Shown: in pieces, positions 49,353-57,870 of the stretch
How the letters are laid out: the number at the start of each line of letters is the position of its first letter
Position numbering within the stretch: the first letter of the stretch is position 1
Assembly: GCF_016463645.1 (NCBI RefSeq)
Contig: NZ_JAEMQX010000010.1
Span: forward strand, 1,165-65,164
DNA from: Sphingopyxis sp.
GTDB taxonomy: Bacteria; Pseudomonadota; Alphaproteobacteria; Sphingomonadales; Sphingomonadaceae
Length of the DNA stretch: 64,000 nt
Reading direction: 5' to 3'
Position numbers and translations under genes: made by a program
Notes under the pieces: generated by a model
The model's input: only the letters and a program-made list of their open reading frames with translations
Database searches by the model: none
What the model was told of the DNA's origin: nothing

Positions 49353-51668
49353 ATGGCTAGCCGCAAGGCCGCACCCGCAAAGGCCGATTGGCGCACGGTT
49401 TTCCGCCAAAGTATCGCGCGATCGCTCGTTATCGCGGCGGCGGTGGCGCTCGGCCTGTTCACCCTGTTCCTGACCCTCGCGCTCGTCACCTACGACAGCA
49501 CCGACGCGGCGCTGAATACGGCTGCCGACGGGGTTGCCGCCAACTGGATGGGCAGCGCGGGTGCATGGTTCGCCGACCTTGGCCTGTCGATCGGCGGCGT
49601 CGGCGTCGCGCTGCTGCTGCCGCTGCTCGGCATCATCGCCTGGCGGCTCTGGGCCGGCGAAGCGCAACCCTATTGGCCGCGCCAGCTCGCCTACAGCTTT
49701 ATCGGCATCCTGCTCGTCGGGCTGGGCGCCGAGCTCTGGTCGCCCGCGACCAATTCGCCCATGCCCGCGGGCTGGGGCGGGATCATCGCGTTGCTCGTCG
49801 GCGGCGCGATCGCGCCGCTCTTTGCGAGCGCGGGCGAGCCCGCTGCGGCGCTGATCCGCTTTGCGACCATCCTCCTGCTGGTCGGCATCGGCCTCACGCT
49901 CGCGTGGCGCGCGCTGCGGCTCGAAAAGGGCTGGGCGTCGCGCCTGAAGCTGCCGGCGGCCGAGAGCAGCCGCGTCGTCGAACCCGCACGCGCGGCGCCG
50001 GCCGACGCCGCGAAGGCGCCCAATCTGATGGAACGCGTCGTGCGGCCGCGCGCCGTCGCCGAACCCGTAGACCGCGCCCCGCCCGAGATTGCCGATCCGG
50101 CGCAGCGCAGCGCGCCATCGAAGCCCAAACCCAAGCCGCAGACCGAGTTGTTCACCAATTATCAGCTGCCGTCGATCGATCTGCTCGCCCCTGCGCCCGA
50201 CCGCCCCGCGGGGCAGATCGACAAGGCGGCGCTCGAACGCAACGCGCGCCTGCTGGAATCGGTGCTCGAGGATTTCCAGGTCAAGGGCGTCGTCACCGCG
50301 GTGCGCCCCGGGCCGGTCGTCACCATGTACGAGCTCGAACCCGCGCCCGGTACCAAGGCGAGCCGCGTATCGAATCTCGCCGACGATATCGCGCGCAACA
50401 TGTCGGCGCTGTCGGCACGCATCGCCCCGATCCCCGGCCGCACCGTCATCGGCATCGAACTGCCCAACGCGCATCGCGAATCGGTGGTGCTGCACGAGAT
50501 CATCGGAAGCGCGCTGTTTCAGGATCACAACGGATCGCTGCCGATCATCCTCGGCAAGAATATCAGCGGCGACGCGATGATCGCCGACCTCGCCCCGATG
50601 CCGCACCTGCTGATCGCGGGCACGACGGGCTCGGGTAAATCGGTCGGCCTCAATGCAATGATCCTCTCGCTCCTCTATCGCCTCGGTCCCGACCAGGTGA
50701 AGATGATCATGATCGACCCCAAGATGCTGGAACTCAGCGTCTATGACGACATCCCGCATCTGCTCGCCCCGGTGGTGACCGAACCCAAGAAGGCGATCCG
50801 CGCCCTCAAATGGGCGGTCGAGCAGATGGAGGACCGCTACCGGATGATGTCGTCGCTGTCGGTGCGCAACCTAGCGAGCTACAACGACAAGGTCCGCGGC
50901 GCGCTGTCCAAGGGCAAGTCGCTCGGGCGCCGTGTCCAGACGGGCTATGATCCCGACACCGGCCAGCCGGTTTATGAGGAAGAGACACTCGACTATCAGC
51001 CGCTGCCGCAGATCGTCGTCGTCGTCGACGAACTCGCCGACCTGATGATGACCGCGGGCAAGGAAGTCGAATTCCTGATCCAGCGCCTCGCGCAAAAGGC
51101 GCGCGCGGCGGGCATCCACCTGATCCTCGCGACGCAGCGTCCTTCGGTCGACGTCATCACCGGCGTGATCAAGGCGAACCTGCCGACGCGCATCAGCTTC
51201 AACGTGACGTCGAAAATCGACAGCCGCACGATCCTTGGCGAAGCGGGCGCCGAACAATTGCTCGGCAAGGGCGACATGCTCTACGTCCCCGGCGGCAAGC
51301 AGATCACGCGCATCCACGGCCCCTTCGTCTCCGACGACGAGGTGCGTGCGGTCGCCGACCACTGGAAGGGACAGGGCCGTCCCGACTATGTCGAAAGCGT
51401 CACCGAGGACCCCGAGGATGGCGGCTTCGCGATGGAAGGCGCCCCCGCGGGCGGCGACAGCGCCGAAGACCGCATGTATGCCAAGGCCTGCCAGATCGTC
51501 GCCGAAAGCCAGAAGGCCTCGACCAGCTGGCTGCAACGCCAGCTCCGCATCGGCTATAACAGCGCGGCGCGCCTCATCGAGCGGATGGAGGAGGAAGGCA
51601 TCGTCAGCCCCCCGAACCATGTCGGCCGCCGCGACGTGCTCACCGATCAATATGGCCAGCCGCGCTGA
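49353..51668 (+). CDS. ftsK: DNA translocase FtsK
   Basis: N-terminal 4TM; HLLIAGTTGSGKS; DELADLMM; LATQRPSVDV; gamma domain SWLQRQLRIGYNSAARLIE. Confidence 0.97.
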   Translation: MASRKAAPAKADWRTVFRQSIARSLVIAAAVALGLFTLFLTLALVTYDSTDAALNTAADGVAANWMGSAGAWFADLGLSIGGVGVALLLPLLGIIAWRLWAGEAQPYWPRQLAYSFIGILLVGLGAELWSPATNSPMPAGWGGIIALLVGGAIAPLFASAGEPAAALIRFATILLLVGIGLTLAWRALRLEKGWASRLKLPAAESSRVVEPARAAPADAAKAPNLMERVVRPRAVAEPVDRAPPEIADPAQRSAPSKPKPKPQTELFTNYQLPSIDLLAPAPDRPAGQIDKAALERNARLLESVLEDFQVKGVVTAVRPGPVVTMYELEPAPGTKASRVSNLADDIARNMSALSARIAPIPGRTVIGIELPNAHRESVVLHEIIGSALFQDHNGSLPIILGKNISGDAMIADLAPMPHLLIAGTTGSGKSVGLNAMILSLLYRLGPDQVKMIMIDPKMLELSVYDDIPHLLAPVVTEPKKAIRALKWAVEQMEDRYRMMSSLSVRNLASYNDKVRGALSKGKSLGRRVQTGYDPDTGQPVYEEETLDYQPLPQIVVVVDELADLMMTAGKEVEFLIQRLAQKARAAGIHLILATQRPSVDVITGVIKANLPTRISFNVTSKIDSRTILGEAGAEQLLGKGDMLYVPGGKQITRIHGPFVSDDEVRAVADHWKGQGRPDYVESVTEDPEDGGFAMEGAPAGGDSAEDRMYAKACQIVAESQKASTSWLQRQLRIGYNSAARLIERMEEEGIVSPPNHVGRRDVLTDQYGQPR

Positions 51669-51775
51669 ACCTTCGCCGGCCTCGCGACTTGAACAGCCTC
51701 TGACGGCGGGGTTCAGGGCGGGTTCAATGCGTGGCCGCCATGACCCGGCCGACTATCGGAAAAGATGAGAAGCAG

Positions 51776-52417
51776 ATGATCAAAACCAAACTGACCCGCC
51801 TCGCCGCCTGGACGCTGGCCCCCGTTGCCGCCGCGAGCCTCGCCGTCGGCGTTCCCGCGATCGCCCAGTCGGCGAATGCGCTGGCGTCGGTGCAGTCGCA
51901 TCTCAAATCGACGAACTCGATGACCGCAAGTTTCGTGCAGACAGACCGCAACGGCCAACGGCTGAGCGGGCAGCTGACGCTCAAGCGCCCGGGCAAGATC
52001 CGCTTCCAGTATCAGAAGGACGTGCCCCTGCTGATCGTCGGCGACGGCAGCCGGCTGACCATGATCGACTATCAGGTGAAACAGGTGCAGAGCTGGCCGG
52101 TGAAGAATTCGCCGCTCGGCGCCTTGCTCGACCCCGACCGCGACCTGTCGAAATATGCCAAGGTGTTGCCGACCGGGAACAACGACGTGCTGAGCATCGA
52201 GGTCAAGGATCCGAAGCGCCCCGAATATGGCACGATCACGATGGTGTTCGTCCGCGACGGCGCGGCGCCGGGCGGCCTGCGCCTGCGCGGCTGGGTCGCG
52301 CTCGATTCGCAGAACAACCGCACGCGGATCGACCTGTCGAACCAGAAATTCAACGTCGCGGTCGCCGATTCGGCGTTCCGATGGACCGATCCGCGCCCGG
52401 GCCGCCGCGGCCGTTAA
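51776..52417 (+). CDS. lolA: Outer-membrane lipoprotein carrier LolA
   Basis: TASFVQTD; LKRPGKIRFQY; LIVGDG; follows ftsK. Confidence 0.9.
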   Translation: MIKTKLTRLAAWTLAPVAAASLAVGVPAIAQSANALASVQSHLKSTNSMTASFVQTDRNGQRLSGQLTLKRPGKIRFQYQKDVPLLIVGDGSRLTMIDYQVKQVQSWPVKNSPLGALLDPDRDLSKYAKVLPTGNNDVLSIEVKDPKRPEYGTITMVFVRDGAAPGGLRLRGWVALDSQNNRTRIDLSNQKFNVAVADSAFRWTDPRPGRRGR

Positions 52418-52853
52418 GCTTCGCCCCGGGGGTGATGGCGCCGATCCCGACAGGAAAGGCGCCGATTTCCGGACCAACGGACGTCTCGTATCGACGAACT
52501 GCAAAAGGGCCCCCGGAGCGCGACTTTTCGTTCAGCTTGGCGACAGGGAAGAGCCGCTATTCCAGCACTCGAAGGCGCCAACACGGCCCCCGGATTTGGG
52601 TTTCCCCCTGTTGCCCCGCCCGGGCTGCCAGGCACCTTCATTCAAGAGCGTGACGAACGCTGACCTTGAACCCCCGTTCCACCGCCCCTGGGACGGGGGT
52701 TTAATTTGCCCGGCGCCATTTTCTGCCGCTGATACGGCATGCGACGCCGGCCCACTCTCCCACCGGGCCTCCCATTTCAGGATACACCGTGGGGGAGTCG
52801 GCTGGTGCCGCAACGCATTGCGAACGACGCCACGCGCCGATAGAGCCGACCCC

Positions 52854-53648
52854 ATGACTCGCACCAGCATCGCATCGTGGAACATCAACAGCGTTCGCGC
52901 CCGCATCGGCATCGTCGAGAAATTCCTGCGCGAAGAAGCCCCCGACATCCTTTGTCTTCAGGAGACGAAGGTCGAATGCGGCCTGTTTCCGCCCGAGATG
53001 TTCAAACGTCTTGGCTACGAGCATATCGTCACCCACGGCCAGCGGATGCATCACGGCGTCGCGATCGTCAGCAGGATACCGCTCGCCGAGGTGCGCAAAT
53101 ATGACTGGCAGGCGAACGGCGAGGCGCGCCACGTCGGCGTGACGCTGCCGTCGGGCGTGCGGCTCGACAATGTCTATATCCCCGCGGGGGGCGATATTCC
53201 CGACCGCGACCTCAACCCCAAATTCGGGCAGAAGCTCGATTTCTTCGGCCGCATGACCGAATGGTCGGGTGCGCTTGTCGATACGCCGACCGTGCTCACC
53301 GGCGACTTCAACGTTGCGCCGCTCGAAAGCGATGTGTGGAATCACAAGGCGCTGCTCGATGTCGTCAGCCACACGCCGATCGAGGTCGAAACGCTGGCGA
53401 AGCTGCAGGCGGCTTCGAACTGGGTCGACCTCGGACGCCACTTCATCGAGGCGCCGGCCCCGCTTTACACCTGGTGGAGCTACCGCGCGAAGGACTGGGA
53501 GGCGTCGAACCGCGGACGCCGGCTCGACCATATGTGGGTAACGCCCGACCTGATGGCGAAAGCGGTATCGCACCGCATCGTCCAGCCCGCGCGGAGCTGG
53601 GAGCGGCCGTCGGACCATATCCCGCTGATCACCGAGTTCGACTTTTGA
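52854..53648 (+). CDS. xth: Exodeoxyribonuclease III
   Basis: SWNINSVRAR; LCLQETK; TGDFNVAP; RRLDHMW; PSDHIP. Confidence 0.95.
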   Translation: MTRTSIASWNINSVRARIGIVEKFLREEAPDILCLQETKVECGLFPPEMFKRLGYEHIVTHGQRMHHGVAIVSRIPLAEVRKYDWQANGEARHVGVTLPSGVRLDNVYIPAGGDIPDRDLNPKFGQKLDFFGRMTEWSGALVDTPTVLTGDFNVAPLESDVWNHKALLDVVSHTPIEVETLAKLQAASNWVDLGRHFIEAPAPLYTWWSYRAKDWEASNRGRRLDHMWVTPDLMAKAVSHRIVQPARSWERPSDHIPLITEFDF

Positions 53649-54712
53649 GCGACCCCGCCGACCCCGGGGGTGCCAAGAGGGCGGCGCGCGCGATCGATGC
53701 GCTGCGCCGTGGATGGCCGTTCCGCATCGAAGGAAGCGACGGCGCGCTCGACCTGATCGCGGTCGAAAGCGCGCGCGACGCGGCGCTCGCAGACTTCGCC
53801 AGCCGCGATGTGCTGCTCTCGGGCGAACGCGCGATGACGCTTAAGCTCACCAACCAGCGCGCCGCCGCGACACCCGGCCCGGTGCGGCTGGCGAATGCTG
53901 CCGACAGCGTCGCCGCCGCGCTCGCGATCGCCGACCCCGCCCTCGACCTCGCGAATCCGCTCAAGGGCCCGTTTCGGACCATGGCAACCGGCGGCGAAAC
54001 CGCGGCCGCCGCGGCGATGACGATGGCCCGCCACGCGGGGCTGCTGCCCGCCTTCCTCGTGCGCGAGGCGACCGGCGATGCCGAGACAACCTGCTCGGTC
54101 GACGACGTTGCCACGCTGCTCGATCCGGCGCGGCTCGAAGTCGCGGCGCGCGCGCGCCTGCCGGTCGAAGCGAGCGAAACGGCCGAGATCGTCGCCTTCC
54201 GTTCGCCCGAGGAGGCGTCGGACCATGTCGCGCTGGTCATCGGCAGGCGCGATGCGAACCCGCCCGTCGTGCGGCTGCACAGCGAATGCCTGACCGGCGA
54301 CGTGCTCGGCAGTCTCAAATGCGATTGCGGGCCGCAACTCCACGCCGCGCTCCACGCGATGGCGGATGCCCCGTGGGGCGTGCTGCTCTATCTTCGGCAG
54401 GAAGGCCGCGGGATCGGCCTCGTCAACAAGCTGCGCGCCTATGCGCTGCAAGATCAGGGCTATGACACGGTCGACGCCAACCTCCGGCTCGGCTTCCCGG
54501 TCGAGGCGCGCGATTTTGCGATCGCGGGGCGGATGCTCGAACTGCTGAACATCCCACGCATCCGGTTGATGACGAACAATCCCGAAAAGGTCGCACGGCT
54601 CGAGAAGGAAGGCGTCGAAGTCGTCGAGCGCATCCCGCTCGCGCTGCCCACGAACAAATATAACGAGCAATATCTCGCGACGAAGCGCGACCGGACGGGG
54701 CACCAGCTCTGA
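53645..54712 (+). CDS. ribA: GTP cyclohydrolase II with degenerate RibB-like N-terminal domain
   Basis: VRLHSECLTGD..GSLKCDCG; QEGRGIGL.NK.RAY; MTNNP.K; probable TTG start overlapping the xth stop. Confidence 0.92.
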   Translation: MSDPADPGGAKRAARAIDALRRGWPFRIEGSDGALDLIAVESARDAALADFASRDVLLSGERAMTLKLTNQRAAATPGPVRLANAADSVAAALAIADPALDLANPLKGPFRTMATGGETAAAAAMTMARHAGLLPAFLVREATGDAETTCSVDDVATLLDPARLEVAARARLPVEASETAEIVAFRSPEEASDHVALVIGRRDANPPVVRLHSECLTGDVLGSLKCDCGPQLHAALHAMADAPWGVLLYLRQEGRGIGLVNKLRAYALQDQGYDTVDANLRLGFPVEARDFAIAGRMLELLNIPRIRLMTNNPEKVARLEKEGVEVVERIPLALPTNKYNEQYLATKRDRTGHQL

Positions 54713-54715
54713 ACG

Positions 54716-54742
54716 AAAAAGGCGCCGGACGATACCGGCGCC
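54716..54742 (-). terminator. Intrinsic terminator of the HK-LytTR operon (possibly bidirectional)
   Basis: AAAAA then GGCGCCGG-N6-CCGGCGCC between convergent genes. Confidence 0.65.
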
Positions 54743-54751
54743 TCCATCAAA

Positions 54752-55558
54752 TCAGTGCACGAAGCGCGCAACAACGTCGCGATAACTTCGGCTGACCTTC
54801 ACCTGCGCGCCCGATCCGAGCACGAGGAAACATTCGCCGTTGGTATGCGGCTTGACCTGTTTCACCTGCGACAGATTGACGATCGTCGAACGGTGAACGC
54901 GCTGGAAGTTGCGCGGATCAAGCCGCTTTTCCAGGTCCTTCATCGTCTCGCGCAGGATCAGGCTGTTGTCGGCGGTATAGATACACATATAGTCGCCCGC
55001 CGCGTCGATGCGTTCGATACTGTCGACATCGACGCGGAAAATCTGGCCGCGATCCTTGATGTTGATCATCTTTTCATAGCGGTCGGCAGCGTGCGCGTCG
55101 GGCTGGGTCTCGGCGTCATAATCCTCGACCGCCTCGGGCGCGACCTCGGCCAGCACGTTCTTGAGCCGTTCGACCTCCGCGGCGCCGCGCTTTTCGGCGA
55201 GGCGCTGGCGTACGCGGTCGAGCGCGTCGGCGAGCCGCTCGGGCTCGACCGGTTTCACCAGATAATCGACCGCCTGCGCCTCGAAGGCGCGGATGGCGTG
55301 ATCCGAATAGGCGGTGACGAAGACGACGAGCGGCGGCTCGACCTCCATCAGCCCCTGGATCACCGAAAAACCGTCGAACCCCGGCATCTGGATGTCGAGG
55401 AACACAAGGTCGGGTTTGTGCGTCTTGATCTTGCGGATGGCCTCGCGGCCATTCTGGGCGGTGTCGACGACTTCGACATCCGCGTGCGGCTCGAGCCGCA
55501 GTTGAAGGCCTTGGGTGGCCAGTTTTTCATCATCCACCAGGATGGTTCTGATCGTCAT
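54752..55558 (-). CDS. LytTR-family response regulator
   Basis: ILVDDE; LDIQMP; FVTAY; LVKP; LytTR domain FQRVHRSTIVN...VSRSY. Confidence 0.95.
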   Translation of the reverse strand: MTIRTILVDDEKLATQGLQLRLEPHADVEVVDTAQNGREAIRKIKTHKPDLVFLDIQMPGFDGFSVIQGLMEVEPPLVVFVTAYSDHAIRAFEAQAVDYLVKPVEPERLADALDRVRQRLAEKRGAAEVERLKNVLAEVAPEAVEDYDAETQPDAHAADRYEKMINIKDRGQIFRVDVDSIERIDAAGDYMCIYTADNSLILRETMKDLEKRLDPRNFQRVHRSTIVNLSQVKQVKPHTNGECFLVLGSGAQVKVSRSYRDVVARFVH

Positions 55559-56679
55559 GTTCTCTCGGTTCCAATCGTCATTTGCCCATCGGGCTGGAAC
55601 GGAAACTCGATTACCACCGTGAACCCGCCATCAGCGCCCACATGGACGTCGAACCGGTGCTGGTCGCCAAAAGCCTGCGCCAGCCGGTCCCTGATGTTGG
55701 CTAAACCCACACCGGTCGATTCCGTTGCAAGGCCAGTGGTGGGGTCGGTCGTTTCCGCTGACAATCCCGCGCCGGTGTCGGACACGGTGATGCGAACATT
55801 TTGACCGGCCAGCTGTGCGGAAATCGTGATATCGGCGCCATCTTCCTGCGGCGTCACCGCATATTTGATCGCATTTTCGATGAGCGGCTGGAGCAGGAGC
55901 GAGGGCAATCGCGCACGCGACACCGCGGGATCGATCGCAAAATGAGGCCGCAGCCGCTCCTCGAAACGCATCTTTTCGATGTCGAGATAGAGCTTCAGCG
56001 TCTCGATCTCCTGCGCCAGCGTCACCTGCGCGGTCGGCTCGTTCGCGAGCGTGTAGCGAAGAAAGGCCGACAGGCGCGACAGCATCGCATTGGCGGGCTC
56101 GGCCTGTTTCAGCAGCACGAGCGTCGAAATGCTGTTCAATGTGTTGAACAGGAAATGCGGGTTGAGCTGATAGCGCAGCATCGCGAGCTGCGCCGATGCC
56201 GCCTGCGCCTCCAGCCGGATGACGCGGTCATTCTGCTCCTCCAACTGGAGGAAATAGTTGATCGCGAAATAGAGCGCCGACCACGCCGCGAGCGAGGTCG
56301 CATCGATATACATGGCGCCGAGCAGCAGGCTGGTGAAGCCCGCCTCGCTCGCCGGGTTCTGGATTTGCGCGACCCAGGCATCGATAAAGGCCCAGAGCGC
56401 CGTCGCAACACCCGCGAGACCGAAGCTGACGCCCCACATCAGGAGCGGCCGGCGATTGATCAGCGAACGGTAGCAGACCGACAGGATCAGCGAGAGCGAG
56501 AAGCCGGTGATCGCCGAAATCGTCTGCGGGATCAGGAAGGTGAAGGACTGGCCGTTGGCCAGCCCCGATATCCCGCGCAGCCCGAGCCACGCGGCCCAGC
56601 CCAATATCTGCAGATTCCAGAAGGCCCGGACCTTGTTGTCGAAAAACGGGCCGGGCGAAGTCAGGCGAAACAGCGGCAT
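55555..56679 (-). CDS. LytS/YehU-type membrane sensor histidine kinase
   Basis: N-terminal TMs; LRYQLNPHFLFNTLN; LQPLIENAIKY; GVGLANIRDRL. Confidence 0.95.
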   Translation of the reverse strand: MPLFRLTSPGPFFDNKVRAFWNLQILGWAAWLGLRGISGLANGQSFTFLIPQTISAITGFSLSLILSVCYRSLINRRPLLMWGVSFGLAGVATALWAFIDAWVAQIQNPASEAGFTSLLLGAMYIDATSLAAWSALYFAINYFLQLEEQNDRVIRLEAQAASAQLAMLRYQLNPHFLFNTLNSISTLVLLKQAEPANAMLSRLSAFLRYTLANEPTAQVTLAQEIETLKLYLDIEKMRFEERLRPHFAIDPAVSRARLPSLLLQPLIENAIKYAVTPQEDGADITISAQLAGQNVRITVSDTGAGLSAETTDPTTGLATESTGVGLANIRDRLAQAFGDQHRFDVHVGADGGFTVVIEFPFQPDGQMTIGTERT

Positions 56680-56741
56680 GAAGGTCCGTATTGTCGAAAG
56701 TCAGCAGCCGCGCGCGCGGGATCGAAAAGCCGGGCGGCCGA

Positions 56742-57260
56742 TCATTCCGCCGCGACCGCCGCGGGATTGTCGCTACGCACGCGCGCCTGTCCCAGCGGCT
56801 GCAATTCGGAGCGGTGCTTCCACAGCAGTTCCTTGTAGCCGATCACCCGGCCGTCGTGCGCGGTCAGCGTGACGGGACCGATCGGCTGTTCGTCGCGGGC
56901 ATCGACGAGCACTGGTGTCGAGGGCACGCCGGCGCCCCATTTTTCGCCCCACTGGCGAAGCGCGATCATCGCGGGGAGGAGCTCGATACCCTTTTCGGTG
57001 AGCTGGTAGCGCACCTTGCGCCGGTCCTCTGCCATCACCTCGCGCGCCATGATGCCATGATCGACCAGCCGCGACAGCCGGTTCGACAGGATGTTGCGCG
57101 CGATATTCAGTTCCTGCTGGAACTCTTCGAAATGATGGACGCCGTTGAACGCCGCGCGAAGGATCATGAAGGACCATCGCTCGCCCATCGCTTCGAGAGC
57201 CAATGGCAGGGCACAATTGCCGCCGTCGAGATCATTCAGAAGTTCGCGTAATTTTCCCAT
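56742..57260 (-). CDS. HxlR-family winged-helix regulator
   Basis: CALPLALEAMGERWSFMILR; ILSNRL..LVD.GI; YQLTEKG. Confidence 0.9.
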   Translation of the reverse strand: MGKLRELLNDLDGGNCALPLALEAMGERWSFMILRAAFNGVHHFEEFQQELNIARNILSNRLSRLVDHGIMAREVMAEDRRKVRYQLTEKGIELLPAMIALRQWGEKWGAGVPSTPVLVDARDEQPIGPVTLTAHDGRVIGYKELLWKHRSELQPLGQARVRSDNPAAVAAE

Positions 57261-57385
57261 GACCAATGCCCTAACGTAAAATCGCCCCATGCGCCAAAAA
57301 AATATAGAGCCTCCGTTGCATTTCGCAACTCAAACGCTAGGTGGCGTTTCGCGACCTCGCGGTCGCGCAAAAACAGGAGGTCAAA

Positions 57386-57715
57386 ATGCCCGAGTTCAAG
57401 CTTTCTCCCCTCGTCCAGTCCCTCACGCTTGCCGGTGCCGCGCTGGCCGGCGCCCTTGCTCCCGCCTCGGCCACGGCGGCAGGCGGCGCCTTTTATAGCG
57501 CCGAGCTCGCCAGCCCGGCGCCCGAAGCGCGCTTTGTCGCACGCGACATCGTCTGGGCGTGCAAGGGAACGAGCTGCCTCGCCGGACAGGGAACAAGCCG
57601 TCCGCTGATCATGTGTTCGGCGCTCGTCAAGAAGGCCGGTCCGGTGACGCGTTTCACTGCGGGCGGAAAGGCGCTCGAAGCCGAAGAGCTCGCGCGCTGC
57701 AACGGCGCGAAGTAA
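57386..57715 (+). CDS. Small secreted protein, CC_3452-like family
   Basis: GGAGG RBS; signal peptide; VWACKGTSC...MCSALVKKAG.V..F...ELARCN with four Cys. Confidence 0.75.
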   Translation: MPEFKLSPLVQSLTLAGAALAGALAPASATAAGGAFYSAELASPAPEARFVARDIVWACKGTSCLAGQGTSRPLIMCSALVKKAGPVTRFTAGGKALEAEELARCNGAK

Positions 57716-57870
57716 CGCGCCGACGACTCTGGGCGGTCGCACTCCGACCGGCGCGGCCGCCCCCACGAACGAAGCTTCCAATCGGTCTTATCAAAATTGC
57801 CGATCTCCGGCGGTTCGACGCAAGCAAATTTCGCATTGCAATATTGCCGACATGAACGACATTGGGCGGG

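Noticed and set aside
53261-53644. N-terminal extension of the 483-aa ribA ORF and of the 473-aa xth ORF (52227 start) in the track
   Set aside because: Extensions overlap xth or lolA and intergenic DNA; real starts are better placed at 53645 and 52854
57716-57870. No rpoZ directly upstream of spoT
   Set aside because: Gene-order variation with no remnant or scar visible; no evidence of disruption
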